Shown here: positions 38,653 to 50,812 of the stretch, one piece after another
Position numbering within the stretch: position 1 is the stretch's first letter
How the letters are laid out: the number at the start of each line of letters is the position of its first letter
Source: Octopus bimaculoides
Taxonomy: Eukaryota
Length of the DNA stretch: 64,000 nt
NCBI RefSeq assembly: GCF_001194135.2
Contig: NC_068985.1
Span: 19,529,640-19,593,639 of the forward strand
Reading direction: 5' to 3'
Translations under genes and position numbers: made by a program
The notes under the pieces: generated by a model
What the model was told of the DNA's origin: nothing
The model's database searches: none
The model's input: only the letters and a program-made list of their open reading frames with translations

Positions 38653-40574
38653 NNNNNNNNNNNNNNNNNNNNNNNNNNNNNNNNNNNNNNNNNNNNNNNN
38701 NNNNNNNNNNNNNNNNNNNNNNNNNNNNNNNNNNNNNNNNNNNNNNNNNNNNGACTAAAGGCAGATACTGCTCTCACATATTTATATTCTCCTGAAAGAT
38801 GATGCAATATAGTTTAAGAATTGTGTCATCATATAGAAATATTGCATCACCCTATAACCTAGCAGATTGAAGGTAATGGAATACCACACAAATTTATAGG
38901 AATATTTTCATAATTTTTCCTATTTTATCTAAAATTCAGCAAATAAATTGAATACAATTTTAACTACTATATATCTGATAAATATCTAGGAAGATAATAT
39001 TTGATACTGCTTTTATTCTGTTTAGATCAACAAGAGTATTCTCTGAATTTAATTTGAGGATCCAATGGACCTATACAATAATTAATGTATAAAGTGAAAT
39101 TTTCTAGCTTTTATAAACATATGGAAAATTTCCCAGCTGACAAATAAAAGAGAGTCAAAAAAAAAATAAGAGTCACAAGAAATCAGCAGAATCAAATAAT
39201 ATAAACAGTAGGAAAATGCAACTGAAAAAAACTGAAATTGGTCCATTGGACCCATTGGTAGACAGAAGGTTAAGCTGAACATATCTTGCAAAAATATTCA
39301 ATTTTATGTTCAAATTTTCCAGATCTGGCCTCTCACACATACCCTACAATGTCAGTCTAAAAATAAATCATATCATTGGAATCTCAAAGCTATGAGATAG
39401 TGCATGATTAATTCAAAACAATCTGAATAAGTAAGCATTACATTTGAAAGGGTAATCTGACTGCTAAAGGGTTAATTCAGATCCAAGCCTTAAGACGTAG
39501 CCTGTATTCATGCATTTTTACCACTTTCATTATTCTTTTTCATCTTTGTCGTCTTTAACTCAGTCCCTAGTATTTTCTGACATTCCTGTTCTTGATTTGT
39601 TGCAGAGAACCAATTAAATCAGTTGTAGTCTGAGAAACGTATGGAAGTTACTGCAATAAAATGTAGCCTTACAACTATTATGATACAAGTCATTTTATTA
39701 TTCTCTTCATCAAACTACTAATACATTAAACATATCTTAGATAAACAGACAATCACCATAAAAACAAAGAATGTTTGCTTTATTCCATCAACAATCAATA
39801 TAACAATAATCTTGCCATTAGAAGAGGATAAATCAGCAATAAGAATGATATAGAGACATATTGATTGAAAGAGAATTATAACAATTTAGGATATAGAGAA
39901 AAACCAATATAGAATGAACTTCCCTTCATCTTTTTATTATTTGGCATACATTTATAATCATTTCCAACAGCCACTCTGAAAACACTTGAAGTTGCTATTT
40001 GTAACAAATTAATGTCAATAAATACAAGCAGGTGATGATAATTGTGAGTTTTGATTTGTGTGTATTAAGGCTTATTAATTGAGGAACAGAAATATTTCCT
40101 GAACTGCAAAGTTCTCCATAAACAGGCCTTTTAGTAGGAACACAAACTACTTATTTTCTTAAGCTGTTAAGACATCATGGTACAAAAGTGCTTTCCCAGA
40201 TGATTTTGGATTGGAACCAATCATGTTATTGATTTATCAGAATGGAAAGGAAAAATAAAATTATATAAAGATGAATCGAGCCAATTCAGTCTATTTTGAA
40301 CACGATATCAATGAAATCTTTGAGACGTAATGTGAATACAAGCACATAGACACACATATGTAAGAATATGTATGATCTTTGGTTGGCATGTAGATGCCAG
40401 TTCTTTGATTTTCATGCAATAAGTTAGCCATTTGACTACACATGAATTGAAAGAATATTGTGATACTTTATCAAAACAAAGTTAGTGGGACACTAATCTA
40501 TTTTCCATTAACCTTTTAGATCTTTTCTTCCGAACAGAGAAATTCATTTTACCTCCCTGTTATGCCACATCAGA

Positions 40575-41395
40575 TTTACTATACATACATCATACTACCT
40601 GTTGCAGCATACAAATTGTACAACTTGTTGCCATAAATACATCATGCAAACTGTTGCAATACATATACTGTACAACCAGTTGCTTTACACACATCATTTA
40701 ACCAATCACAATGCATACATCATACAACTAATTGCAGCATATATGTTGCACTTATTGCAATACATATGCAAACAATTACAATGCATACATCAAGCAACCA
40801 TTTGCAATATATACATCATAGAACCAGTTGTTATACATTGGACAACAGCAGTATATACAAATGTATTTTAATATATACATCATACAATACCATATACAAC
40901 CAGTTTCAACATATATACAACCAATAAAAGGTGGTGAGTAGGCAGATTAGTTAGCATGCCTGGCAAAATGCCTAGTGGCATTTCATCCATCTTTATGTTT
41001 TGAGTCCAGATCCCACTAAGGTCGACTTTGCCATCCATCATTCCAGGGTTGATAAAATAAGTACTAACTGAGCACTGGGGGCAATGTAATTGACTAACCC
41101 CCTCTGCAGAAATTACTGATCTTGTGCCAAAATTTGAAACCAATAGATATATAACAAATTGCAATATATATACCACCAATTACATTACATACACAACCAT
41201 TTGCTGTATTACATCGTACAACCAGATACAATAGGTATAGAACCAATTGCATACATACATCATGTAGCCAATCACAATACATACAAACAATTGCAGTAAA
41301 TACATTGTACAAATTGTTGCAATACATACACAACCATTTGCATTACATACATTATTCAACTATTTGTTATATATATATATCCCCATACAACCAAT
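40575..41395. repeat. Degenerate 20-26-bp minisatellite interrupted by a SINE at about 40930-41140
   Basis: Recurrent ATACATCATACAACCAGTTGCA-like units on both sides of the SINE. Confidence 0.8.
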
Positions 41396-41583
41396 CTCTA
41401 AAGAAAACTGAAAATTTTTTTTGTTAAAGAAGCTGAATTTTTTCCCTCTTTTTTTCTTAGAAAAACTTAGTTTTGTAGTTATTTTACTCAGCTAACATTG
41501 AAGAATTCAATAATTTTTGATAACCACCTGAACTATTAGTACTGCTACATGCTCTCAGTGGCTCATTGAAATAACTTCTTTAA

Positions 41584-41794
41584 TCCTTTAGCATTCAGAT
41601 TACTTTGTCAAATGTAATGCTTATTTATTCACCTTGTTTTGAATTTATCATTCGTAATCTTGTAGCTTCAAGATTTTAATGATGCGACTGTTTATTTTTA
41701 GACTGTCATCGTAGGGCACAATGTGAGAAACCAGATCTGTCTTGTCTGAACAGGTTAAATAGAGCCAGATATGGCTAGTTTAAATGCTAAAGGG
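41584..41794. mobile_element. piggyBac-type MITE. Further copies at 57713-57889, 39285-39471 (partial) and about 37868-37990 (partial)
   Basis: TTAA TSD on both sides. TIRs (C/T)CCTTTAGCATT / AATGCTAAAGGG. Confidence 0.85.
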
Positions 41795-42515
41795 TTAAAT
41801 TCTTAAACTACACTTCTTTAACTTTTAATACATTGTCAAATGCTATTCCTATTTCTATTTTAAAAATCTAGCAACTAAAGGTTCTTTTATAATTCCTATA
41901 AATATTTTCCACCTTTTGAAATACAAATCTGTACATCATTAAGCTTAGTCCATTTTTGTTTGTTTATTTTTGTTTTGCTTTTGCAGAAAATTTTCCAATT
42001 AACAAAAATGTTCTTAAAATTTATTTGAATTTAATTTTAAAAAAGTCAATCTTTTAGTATAATGAAATTGTACTTTTCTGTATTGACTCATTTTATAATA
42101 GAAAATAATAAAATATTTAGTAAAACTTGTGTAGTTATAGCTAACCAATTTCTTTGATGTATCTTACTTGTTCAGTCAGTCATGCTGGGGCACCACCTTG
42201 AAGGGTTTAGTCAAACAAATCTACCTCAGTACTTAAAAGTCATCAAGCAGCAGTATACAAAGATATACGCATAGATATATATATCATCATTGACATCATC
42301 ATTTAACATCCATATTCCATGCTGGCATGGGTTGGACAGTTCAATAGGATCCAACAAGTCCAATGACTGCATCATTCCCCAATGTCTGCCCTGTCGTGGT
42401 TTCTATGACTGGATACCCTTCTTAATACCAACCACTTTATGACATGTACTGGGTTCTTTTTTCGTACCACCAGCACTATTGAGGTCAGCTTGCAAAACTA
42501 CAAATCCTAAAGGAG

Positions 42516-42559
<44 letters not shown>

Positions 42560-43405
42560 GAGCTTCCTCACAATTTCCCTCTTTCAAATTTACTCACAAA
42601 GCATTGGTCAGCCTTGGACTGTAGTAGAAGACTCTTGTCCAGGATGCTGTGCAATGGTACAGAACCTGAAACCATATGGCTGAAAAGCAAGTTTCTTAAC
42701 CACACAGCTATGCCTTGAAATATTCTGTACATTTTCTAATTCAAATTTCATAAGCATTTAACAGCATGCTTAAATCAATATCACTGAAAATATTAATAAA
42801 TATTTTGATTCTGGTCTGATTTTGTGTGTCACATTTGGTTTAATCTTTAAAAAGCATTCAATAGCAATATTCTTGTGGATAAATTACATCTCTAATCATT
42901 CCAGTTCTTGAATTGCATTTCACTTGTAATCACATTTATCATATCAGAAGAAGCCAACCATTCACTAATCTCAGACTGTTTTATCTTCATTTGGTTTTAC
43001 TATGATCTTTTTACATTAAAATTGTGGTTAATTTTAAAACCAAGGATTTTCAGTGCAAATATTTTTTATGGGTGAATACCTTTTCTAAAAACCATGATAT
43101 TTTCAGAGTAACAACACAATAGTTACAGCAGTTTATAAACGTTTTTTACTACAGCAACATCTCTACACTGTTTGTTATCTTATATATTCACATCATTTAT
43201 CATTCATTTTTCCATGCTTGCATGGATCAGATGGAATTTGTTGAAGTAGATTTTCAATGACTAGATGCCCTCTCAGCTGCCAACCTTCACCCATTTTCAA
43301 GTAATATTTACCCATGACAAGACAGGTCTTCATAGATTGGAAATGAATGACACCACTTGCATGATGTGAAGGCAAGGTGAATAACATACACACACACATA
43401 TGTAC

Positions 43406-43444
<39 letters not shown>

Positions 43445-45121
43445 CATCATTGTTTAATATTCACTTTCCAAGCTGACATGGGTCAGACGGTTTGACATGG
43501 GTTTCTTTTCAGTTTCCATCTACCAAATCCTCTCACAAGGCTTTGCTCACCTTGGGCTGGCTACAGTGAAAGACACTTATCCATGCAGTGGACCCGAAAC
43601 CAAAACCATGTTATTGAGAAGCAAACTTCTTACTACACAGCCATGCCTGTGCTTCATGGATTAATTACAGAAGTAGAAAATAAATTCACAACATCCAAAA
43701 ATACTGTTAAGAATGAATTTCTTAAGAGAAATTTCCATTTCATCATGAACATTGTCCCAATTTATTAACATGTTAAAAAACTTTGGTATGAAATATAAAA
43801 TAGATCTGGTTTCTGCAGTATATTATATGAAAGCAGTAATGTAAACTTTGCATTTTAACACTTATCCTCAAGGAATCCTTATATAATATCTAAATAATAC
43901 TAGTGTTTTTCATGTTCCAACTGAATGCTATATTGCTATATCAAAGGAAAAAAAATCATTCAATATCCTATCAAAAGAATTTCCTGGAACATTTTACCCT
44001 TTTCAAAAAATATGGTAGCAATTTTATCAAAAAGTGCTTGACTTAAAATTCTTTTTCATAGAATAATACTGAAAATTTGAATTGACTGCATAAAATTCAA
44101 GGCATTTACATGTAAATGTTTTTTTTTTAATGTATATTTTACTTCATTGCAGTGAGCATTATTACCTTGTTACTATTTGGAAATTCCTAACACACTAACA
44201 ATACCAAAATTTTTGTTTGTTGCTGCATAAATGTAGCACAGTATGATTTTGGTATTATCTCTCAAAAATATTATATTATATGCTATCTTGGAAAATACAT
44301 ATCTTTCAACTATTTTTACTTTTGATGACTAAACAATAAGAATTATAATAGTACCATGTAATTTTCATCTTTTTCAATATTATTGTAAGATTTCCATATA
44401 GTAATTTAAAATAAATGTAGTTGAGAACAAAGACATCACCGAATATCTAACAATATTTACTTCATTTTATTAATATATCCTTATTATAAAGGGTGGGCAA
44501 TAAATATATTTGGCAAATAGTCACTTGTTCTTAACCAAGAATATCTATTTTTGGAACTACATGAATTTTTTATGCAATCATAATAGTTGAAAATGGTGAT
44601 GCTATACTGATAGTCGGAAATAATAGGTAAATAAATGCATGATATGGTTTCCAGATAAAACTAACAGCTTTTTTTTTATTCATGTCAGAGAGTAACAAAC
44701 TACATGCATTTATGAGATATTCGTTTATTTCTTTCATATTTATTCTTTGTCTCTGACTCAATTATATCCTCATATTACCTTTATCTTCTTTTATTTATTT
44801 TAATCATAGGACTGCAGCTATGCTGGGGCACTGCCTTCAAGGGTTTTAGTCAAACAAATCAACCCCGGTACTTACTTTTTAACTCTGGTATTTATTCTAG
44901 CAGTCTCTTTTTGCCAAACTACTAAGTTATGAGAACATAAACACCAAAACCAGTTTTCATGCAGTAGAAGTTGGAAGGCAAACAAACTTACATGCCTCTC
45001 TTTCATATGTTTATGTATATAGTAATGTTTGATTTTATGTTCAGTTATAATAAAAACAATTTTACATTAATCTGATAGGTTACTCTATACTTCTATATTA
45101 TTATCCTTATACAAGAATGTT

Positions 45122-45168
45122 GACAGTGAATTTGAAGTTTTGACCAGCTAAGCCGTCATCAGATTGCC
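45122..45168 (-). ncRNA. Decayed minimal hammerhead motif
   Basis: GGCAAU-CUGAUGA-C-GGCU(UAGCU)GGUC-AAAA-CUUCAAAU-UC-ACUGUC. Two G>A changes at CpG positions would restore GAAA and most of a CUUCGAAG palindrome. Confidence 0.5.
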
Positions 45169-46210
45169 TGTTTATATATTATACACACACACACACACAC
45201 ACACACTTTGGACTTCCACACAGTTTCCCAAGGTACCATGCAGTGAGACTGAACTTAAAATCATGTGGTTGCCAAACGAATTGCTTAACCACACATTTGA
45301 AATATTTTTTGAATATACATCAACAGTTGAAGGTTCGCTATTTTTACTACTTTTAAAAGAATGTAAAAGAATCATTTCAACATTTCTATATTATTTGAAA
45401 ATTTATAAATTATGCAATAAAATAAATTATTTGACTACATAATTTATAGTTGAATAATGATCGATATTGTAATAATGCAGCAGGATAAGTATTGTAATAT
45501 ATGTAACATTGACTCACAAACCAACACTAGCAATCAAAGTAAAACAGAATTGGCATCTGTAATTACTTTAAAATATACAGTTAACATCAATGATCCATGT
45601 ACAAGTACTTCACTGGACAAAGGGCAATAAATAAATAAATAGAAATATTAAAAAGACAAAAAGAAAGAAAAAGAAAAGACATTTTTTTTTGTCAACTGTG
45701 ACAAATACAGAATCTTTACAGCATTGTATTTTGCTTTTCAAGGAGAAAATATTATAGTATTAAGAGGCAAGTTTTCTAGTTGAATGAACTGAAGTAGATT
45801 ATATTAAGAGCAACCTTAGCCAGAGACATTTAAAGAACAGTAGAAAATTAAAGATTCTGCTAATCCAGTATTTGGGTTCATGGCCTTTGAATGGCAACAG
45901 CTGACATTTGAAGTTGAAAGACTTTCAACTCATCAAGTAAAAACATACAGACCTTTTAACAGTATTTGGAAATTGTTATTAAATGTTTTGTTGACTTATA
46001 ACAAATTGGGACTAAGAGAGAGCTATAAAATTGAACCTACAACTTATGACCTTAAGGTTGTTTAGGAAACGGTGAGTTTTATTTAATTTAGGTTATTGTT
46101 ACTGCTGGCTGAAGCGAATGATTTGTTCTCATTTCTGTTTGTATCGTCGAGGGAGCGTGTACAATCTGGTAAAAGCTCTCTCTCTCTCAATTATTATCCT
46201 TATATATGTA

Positions 46211-46284
<74 letters not shown>

Positions 46285-46310
46285 AGTAAAAATAAATACA
46301 AAAAAGGTGG

Positions 46311-46550
46311 GTTTTTTTGTATGATTGTGTATAGAGGAATATATTATTTTGCTTAAAAGAGTTCCAATACTGTCTGTTTTTTATGTTTTATTTATATTCC
46401 TGCAGAACTAATGGAATATACAATATATAATATGATATACAATATACAATATACAATATAAAATAAAATAAAATAAAAATGGATGGCACCATGAAAGAAA
46501 GTATTGAATGTAGATGAAATATTGAGTGTTCAATATAAAGGATCAAATAT
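46311..46550 (-). repeat. Very young non-coding repeat; inverted copy at 63771-64000 running off the window
   Basis: Only a handful of substitutions plus two indels separate the copies over about 230 bp. Confidence 0.92.
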
Positions 46551-46583
46551 ATAAATATATAAATATAAATAGATATATATAAA

Positions 46584-46623
46584 GGCGACTCGAGTTTCAG
46601 GGTTATTTCCCTTCGTCATGGCC
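46584..46623 (-). ncRNA. Minimal type-I hammerhead ribozyme-like motif
   Basis: GGC-CAUGACGA-AGGG(AAAUAA)CCCU-GAAA-CUCGAG-UC-GCC. Stem II is perfect, the stem III loop is palindromic, the GUC cleavage triplet is present, stem I has 3 bp, and there is one core deviation. Confidence 0.65.
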
Positions 46624-46689
46624 GGTATGACAGACTTTAACAGATATATATACACATATACATATATATACATATACATTATTCTTATA

Positions 46690-47270
46690 TATGTATCTGT
46701 GTCACCTCCAACAACCAAACGATGAAGACAGAACTATGGAAAAAACCATAACACCAAATAACATAAACATGAACTATGTATCCTCTGACCAAGTGACAAA
46801 CCAAAGAGGCAACTCTTTTTTACTAACTTATCTAGAAAATATGAAGGCCGACCTAAGCCAGGAGATCCAACGGGCTATCAGCAACCATTTATGCAAATCA
46901 CAAGAAACACACACCCACCACCAACTAGAATATCATACACACACAGCTCCATACAAAAACTACCCTCATTACTACCACTGAACAACATAAAACATAACTT
47001 AGAACAATGCAAGCATCAAACTACCCTCACCTCAACATACCTGTTAAATGTACGTGGCATCAACCCATCACTCATTGCTCCAAAATGGAAGATCCCATAT
47101 ATAGAGAGTTGGCTAGCCGAAACGGCACATTGCTTCCCTTTCTTTATCCTTCCTGAAACTCACCTAAACAGCACACATATGGATGCCGAGGTGAAAATAA
47201 AAGATTTCACCAACGTCCGAGCAGATTGCAAAGACAGAAATAAAGGTGGGGACAGCCATCTTTCTCCATG
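46690..47270 (+). mobile_element. CR1/L2-group LINE fragment: probable ORF1 tail and apurinic endonuclease N-terminus
   Basis: YLLNVRGINP...K..YIESWL...ILPETHLN...DAEVKIKDFTNVRADCKDRNKGG matches the APE pattern LN.R....ETWL..D.E..I..Y...R.DR..R.GGGV. Confidence 0.8.
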
Positions 47271-47405
47271 ACTAGTTATAAATATGTATGTGTGCATGTA
47301 CATATATATATATGTGTATGTACATATATATATATATATGTATGTACATAAATATGTGTGTATGTACATATATGTGTGTGCATGTACATATAAATGTGTA
47401 TGTAC

Positions 47406-47440
<35 letters not shown>

Positions 47441-47967
47441 NNNNNNNNNNNNNNNNNNNNNNNNNNNNNNNNNNNNNNNNNNNNNNNNNNNNNNNNNNNN
47501 NNNNNNNNNNNNNNNNNNNNNNNNNNNNNNNNNNNNNNNNNNNNNNNNNNNNNNNNNNNNNNNNNNNNNNNNNNNNNNNNNNNNNNNNNNNNNNNNNNNN
47601 NNNNNNNNNNNNNNNNNNNNNNNNNNNNNNNNNNNNNNNNNNNNNNNNNNNNNNNNNNNNNNNNNNNNNNNNNNNNNNNNNNNNNNNNNNNNNNNNNNNN
47701 NNNNNNNNNNNNNNNNNNNNNNNNNNNNNNNNNNNNNNNNNNNNNNNNNNNNNNNNNNNNNNNNNNNNNNNNNNNNNNNNNNNNNNNNNNNNNNNNNNNN
47801 NNNNNNNNNNNNNNNNNNNNNNNNNNNNNNNNNNNNNNNNNNNNNNNNNNNNNNNNNNNNNNNNNNNNNNNNNNNNNNNNNNNNNNNNNNNNNNNNNNNN
47901 NNNNNNNNNNNNNNNNNNNNNNNNNNNNNNNNNNNNNNNNNNNNNNNNNNNNNNNNNNNNNNNNNNN

Positions 47968-48006
<39 letters not shown>

Positions 48007-49240
48007 TTACTATTATGCAAATGTGTTGTAAGTCCAAAACATTGCTTTTTCAGAAAACAAAAAAATAGTTTTATCATTCCATAGCAAAACCGTTGCATTC
48101 CACTTTGGCTATTTCCATATCTTGGCATCTGAAGCAGCTGGAGATATGATAATTTGACCAAAAGAACTGGCTATTGCAAGCAAAAATAAATATTGCCAAA
48201 CGTGCGCGCGCATGTGTGTGTGTGTGTGTGTGAGCGTGTGCAATAGACTTCTTTTCAGTTTCTATCTACCAAATAAAGAGAAAATATAAGTTTCGAATTA
48301 AATATCAGATAGGTAGAAACATTGAGTTATGATTAAGAAGTTTGTTTTACAATCCTATGGTTCCAAGTTTGGCTCCAATGTCCAAAAGTTTATCTAATCT
48401 ATCTATCTATATATATGTGATCATCGACCATTTTCCTTTCTTCTTCTAACTTGTGTTTCATTCTTCCTTCCTGTTGCAGCTGGACAAGGACGATGTATTC
48501 TTGTCTGTCTCCTGTCCAAGCTTGTTTCTTCATGTTCACCACCACAACTTCGTTTAGGCTTAGTAGCCCTTCCTGTTTGATTTCACTGTCCTGTTTTTGT
48601 CACCAATTTTGACCCTCTGCAAGATCCCCAATTTTATTTAATTTGCTTTGCAGGAGCAACTGTTTTATCAAAGGCATATCTTGTGAAATGCTCAAAATAC
48701 GGATTAGAAAAACAGCCAATAACTGATGAAGGGTCGTTCTTTGTGTTGTTTGTCTTGTTTTCCATTTGTTTCTTTCATTGTTCGCATTAAAAGTTCATAT
48801 TCCATGTCCTTGTACTTCATATTTTTTGTTGTTTACGTTTTGTGACACCCTGTGCCCACATATGCATATGTATATACATATATATGTAAGTTTGTATGTA
48901 TACTTATGTGTATATGCATATATATACATTATTTATATTATAGATATACACACACACACATATATATATTGATATCTCTTTTAAACTTAACCTTCATATT
49001 TTACTTGTTTCAGTAATTAAACTGCAGCCATACTGGGGCACTGCTTCAAAGTGTTTAGTTGAAAAAAAAATCATCACCAGTATTCATTTTTTAAAGTTTG
49101 GTACTTATTCTATCTGCCTCTTTTGCTGAAATGCTAAGCTACAGGGACATAAATGAACCAACATCGGTTTTCAAGTAGAGTGAGGGGGAAGAACACAAAA
49201 ATGCACACACACACAATATATCGAACACACATGCACAAGG

Positions 49241-49814
49241 TTTTTTACCAGTTACTGAGCAGGCTGTGATTTATAGTCATAAGAGAATATTTTCTCATCA
49301 ATACGCCTGGTGTTAAAACACAAGGGAATCATAGACAAGTGAGATAAGTCAGGCCAGGTCCTGCTGCAGGAGTGGTAGACATTAATGTTTCATAAACTTT
49401 GTGACTTGTCAATACCACGTACTCCTAATGAGGCCAGACGCAAATTAAATTGCTTTCTATGACTATGTGCAAAATGGTGTGAGAACCATGTACCGGTATG
49501 TCTCAATGTTTAATACCACAGAAAAAATTCAAATATGAATGAAAAGCAGCTCAAGGGATATAAACAATATCAAACACAAATACTCGAGGTATGTGTTTTG
49601 CCAGTTCGTGGGCAGGCTGTGATTTATAGGTGTAAGAGATGATTTTCTTGTCAATACACCTGGTGTTAAAACACCTGGGAATCATAGACAAGCAAGATAA
49701 CTCGTGCCAAGTCCCGCTGCAGGAACAGTAGACAATGTTTTGTCATCTTTGTGACTTATCAATACCACATACCCAAAACAAGACCAGACACAAGTTAAAT
49801 CACTCTCTATGACT
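49241..49814. repeat. Diverged direct duplication of about 220 bp (49241-49464 and 49595-49814)
   Basis: Shared GCAGGCTGTGATTTATAG...TCAATAC.CCTGGTGTTAAAACAC..GGGAATCATAGACAAG...CTTTGTGACTT.TCAATACCAC...CTATGACT. Confidence 0.88.
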
Positions 49815-50754
49815 CACATAGTTTCCAGCTTCCATAGCCATTCACAATGCATGGGTCATCATGGAACTATAGTTGAAGAAACTTGCCCAAGGTATCATGC
49901 AGCCCAAAAGTACATGGTTGCAAATTAAGCGTCTTAATCATACAGCCATGCCTGCGCTATTGTGTTTATGCTCCGTCTCTTTACCTTCCATGACTTAGAG
50001 GCTCAACAAATAGAGATCAATTAAATAAGTACTAGATTGAAATGTGTAAGTACAGAGGTTCGTATGATCAACTAAGCCCTTTAAAATGGCATAACCATAG
50101 TTTAATGTCTGAAACTAGGAATAGAATAAACTTAGGTTATAAATTACAGCAAGAATATTTATTTTCTCATTTTGCCTCTTTTACATCATCTGAAGCCTTT
50201 GATGGCTTATTTCAATAAACACTTAATACAGGTCTATCTAATATCCATTCCATGATTACCTACAACTGCAAAATATTATGGGGAATACCATCGGAGAAAT
50301 TATAGAAAATAAATCCATCTATCTGACAGAAGATAAGCACCACTACTAATTAATTATCTCAAGCTGTTTCTCCTTAATCCTTAATTAATTATCAGTTACA
50401 AATATGAACTTAATCTACAAACTTTTCATATATCATCTTTTGAATATTTCTCAATATTACACAGAGTTACCTTTAATCTCATTTCATCTTATATTGTAGT
50501 CATTATAATTACTTAGCAGAGCCTCTCTATATGTAGGTGAAGTATGTATGTTTAAGCAGTTCTCTTCACAATCATGTCATTCTGTGTTCAATCCCATTGT
50601 ACATCTTTGATGTATTCTACTGTAAGCTTAGGGGTTGACCACTGCCTTGTGACAGACATTTGTTTGATGGAAATTGCATGGAAACCTGTGTATATGTATA
50701 TACAGACTGTATGGTGTATTTATGAACAAACTTCAGCAGACTTTAGTATACTTT

Positions 50755-50812
50755 GGGTTATGTCATGCTGATGATTTCAAAAGGAATGAAATAGTACTAT
50801 ATATATGCTTAC
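50755..50812 (+). ncRNA. Decayed minimal hammerhead motif
   Basis: GUCAUG-CUGAUGA-UUUC(AAAAG)GAAU-GAAA-UAGUACUA-UA. Palindromic stem III. The closing pair of stem II is broken. Confidence 0.35.

Noticed and set aside
3961-48161. Long ORF-track entries rich in IY/YI, CV/HT or X
   Set aside because: They are translations of (TA)n and (CA)n microsatellites read through N-gaps.
48660-48740. GAAA...CTGATGA as a possible type-II hammerhead
   Set aside because: The core halves are present but stems I-III pair poorly in this copy, so it cannot be supported without a family consensus.
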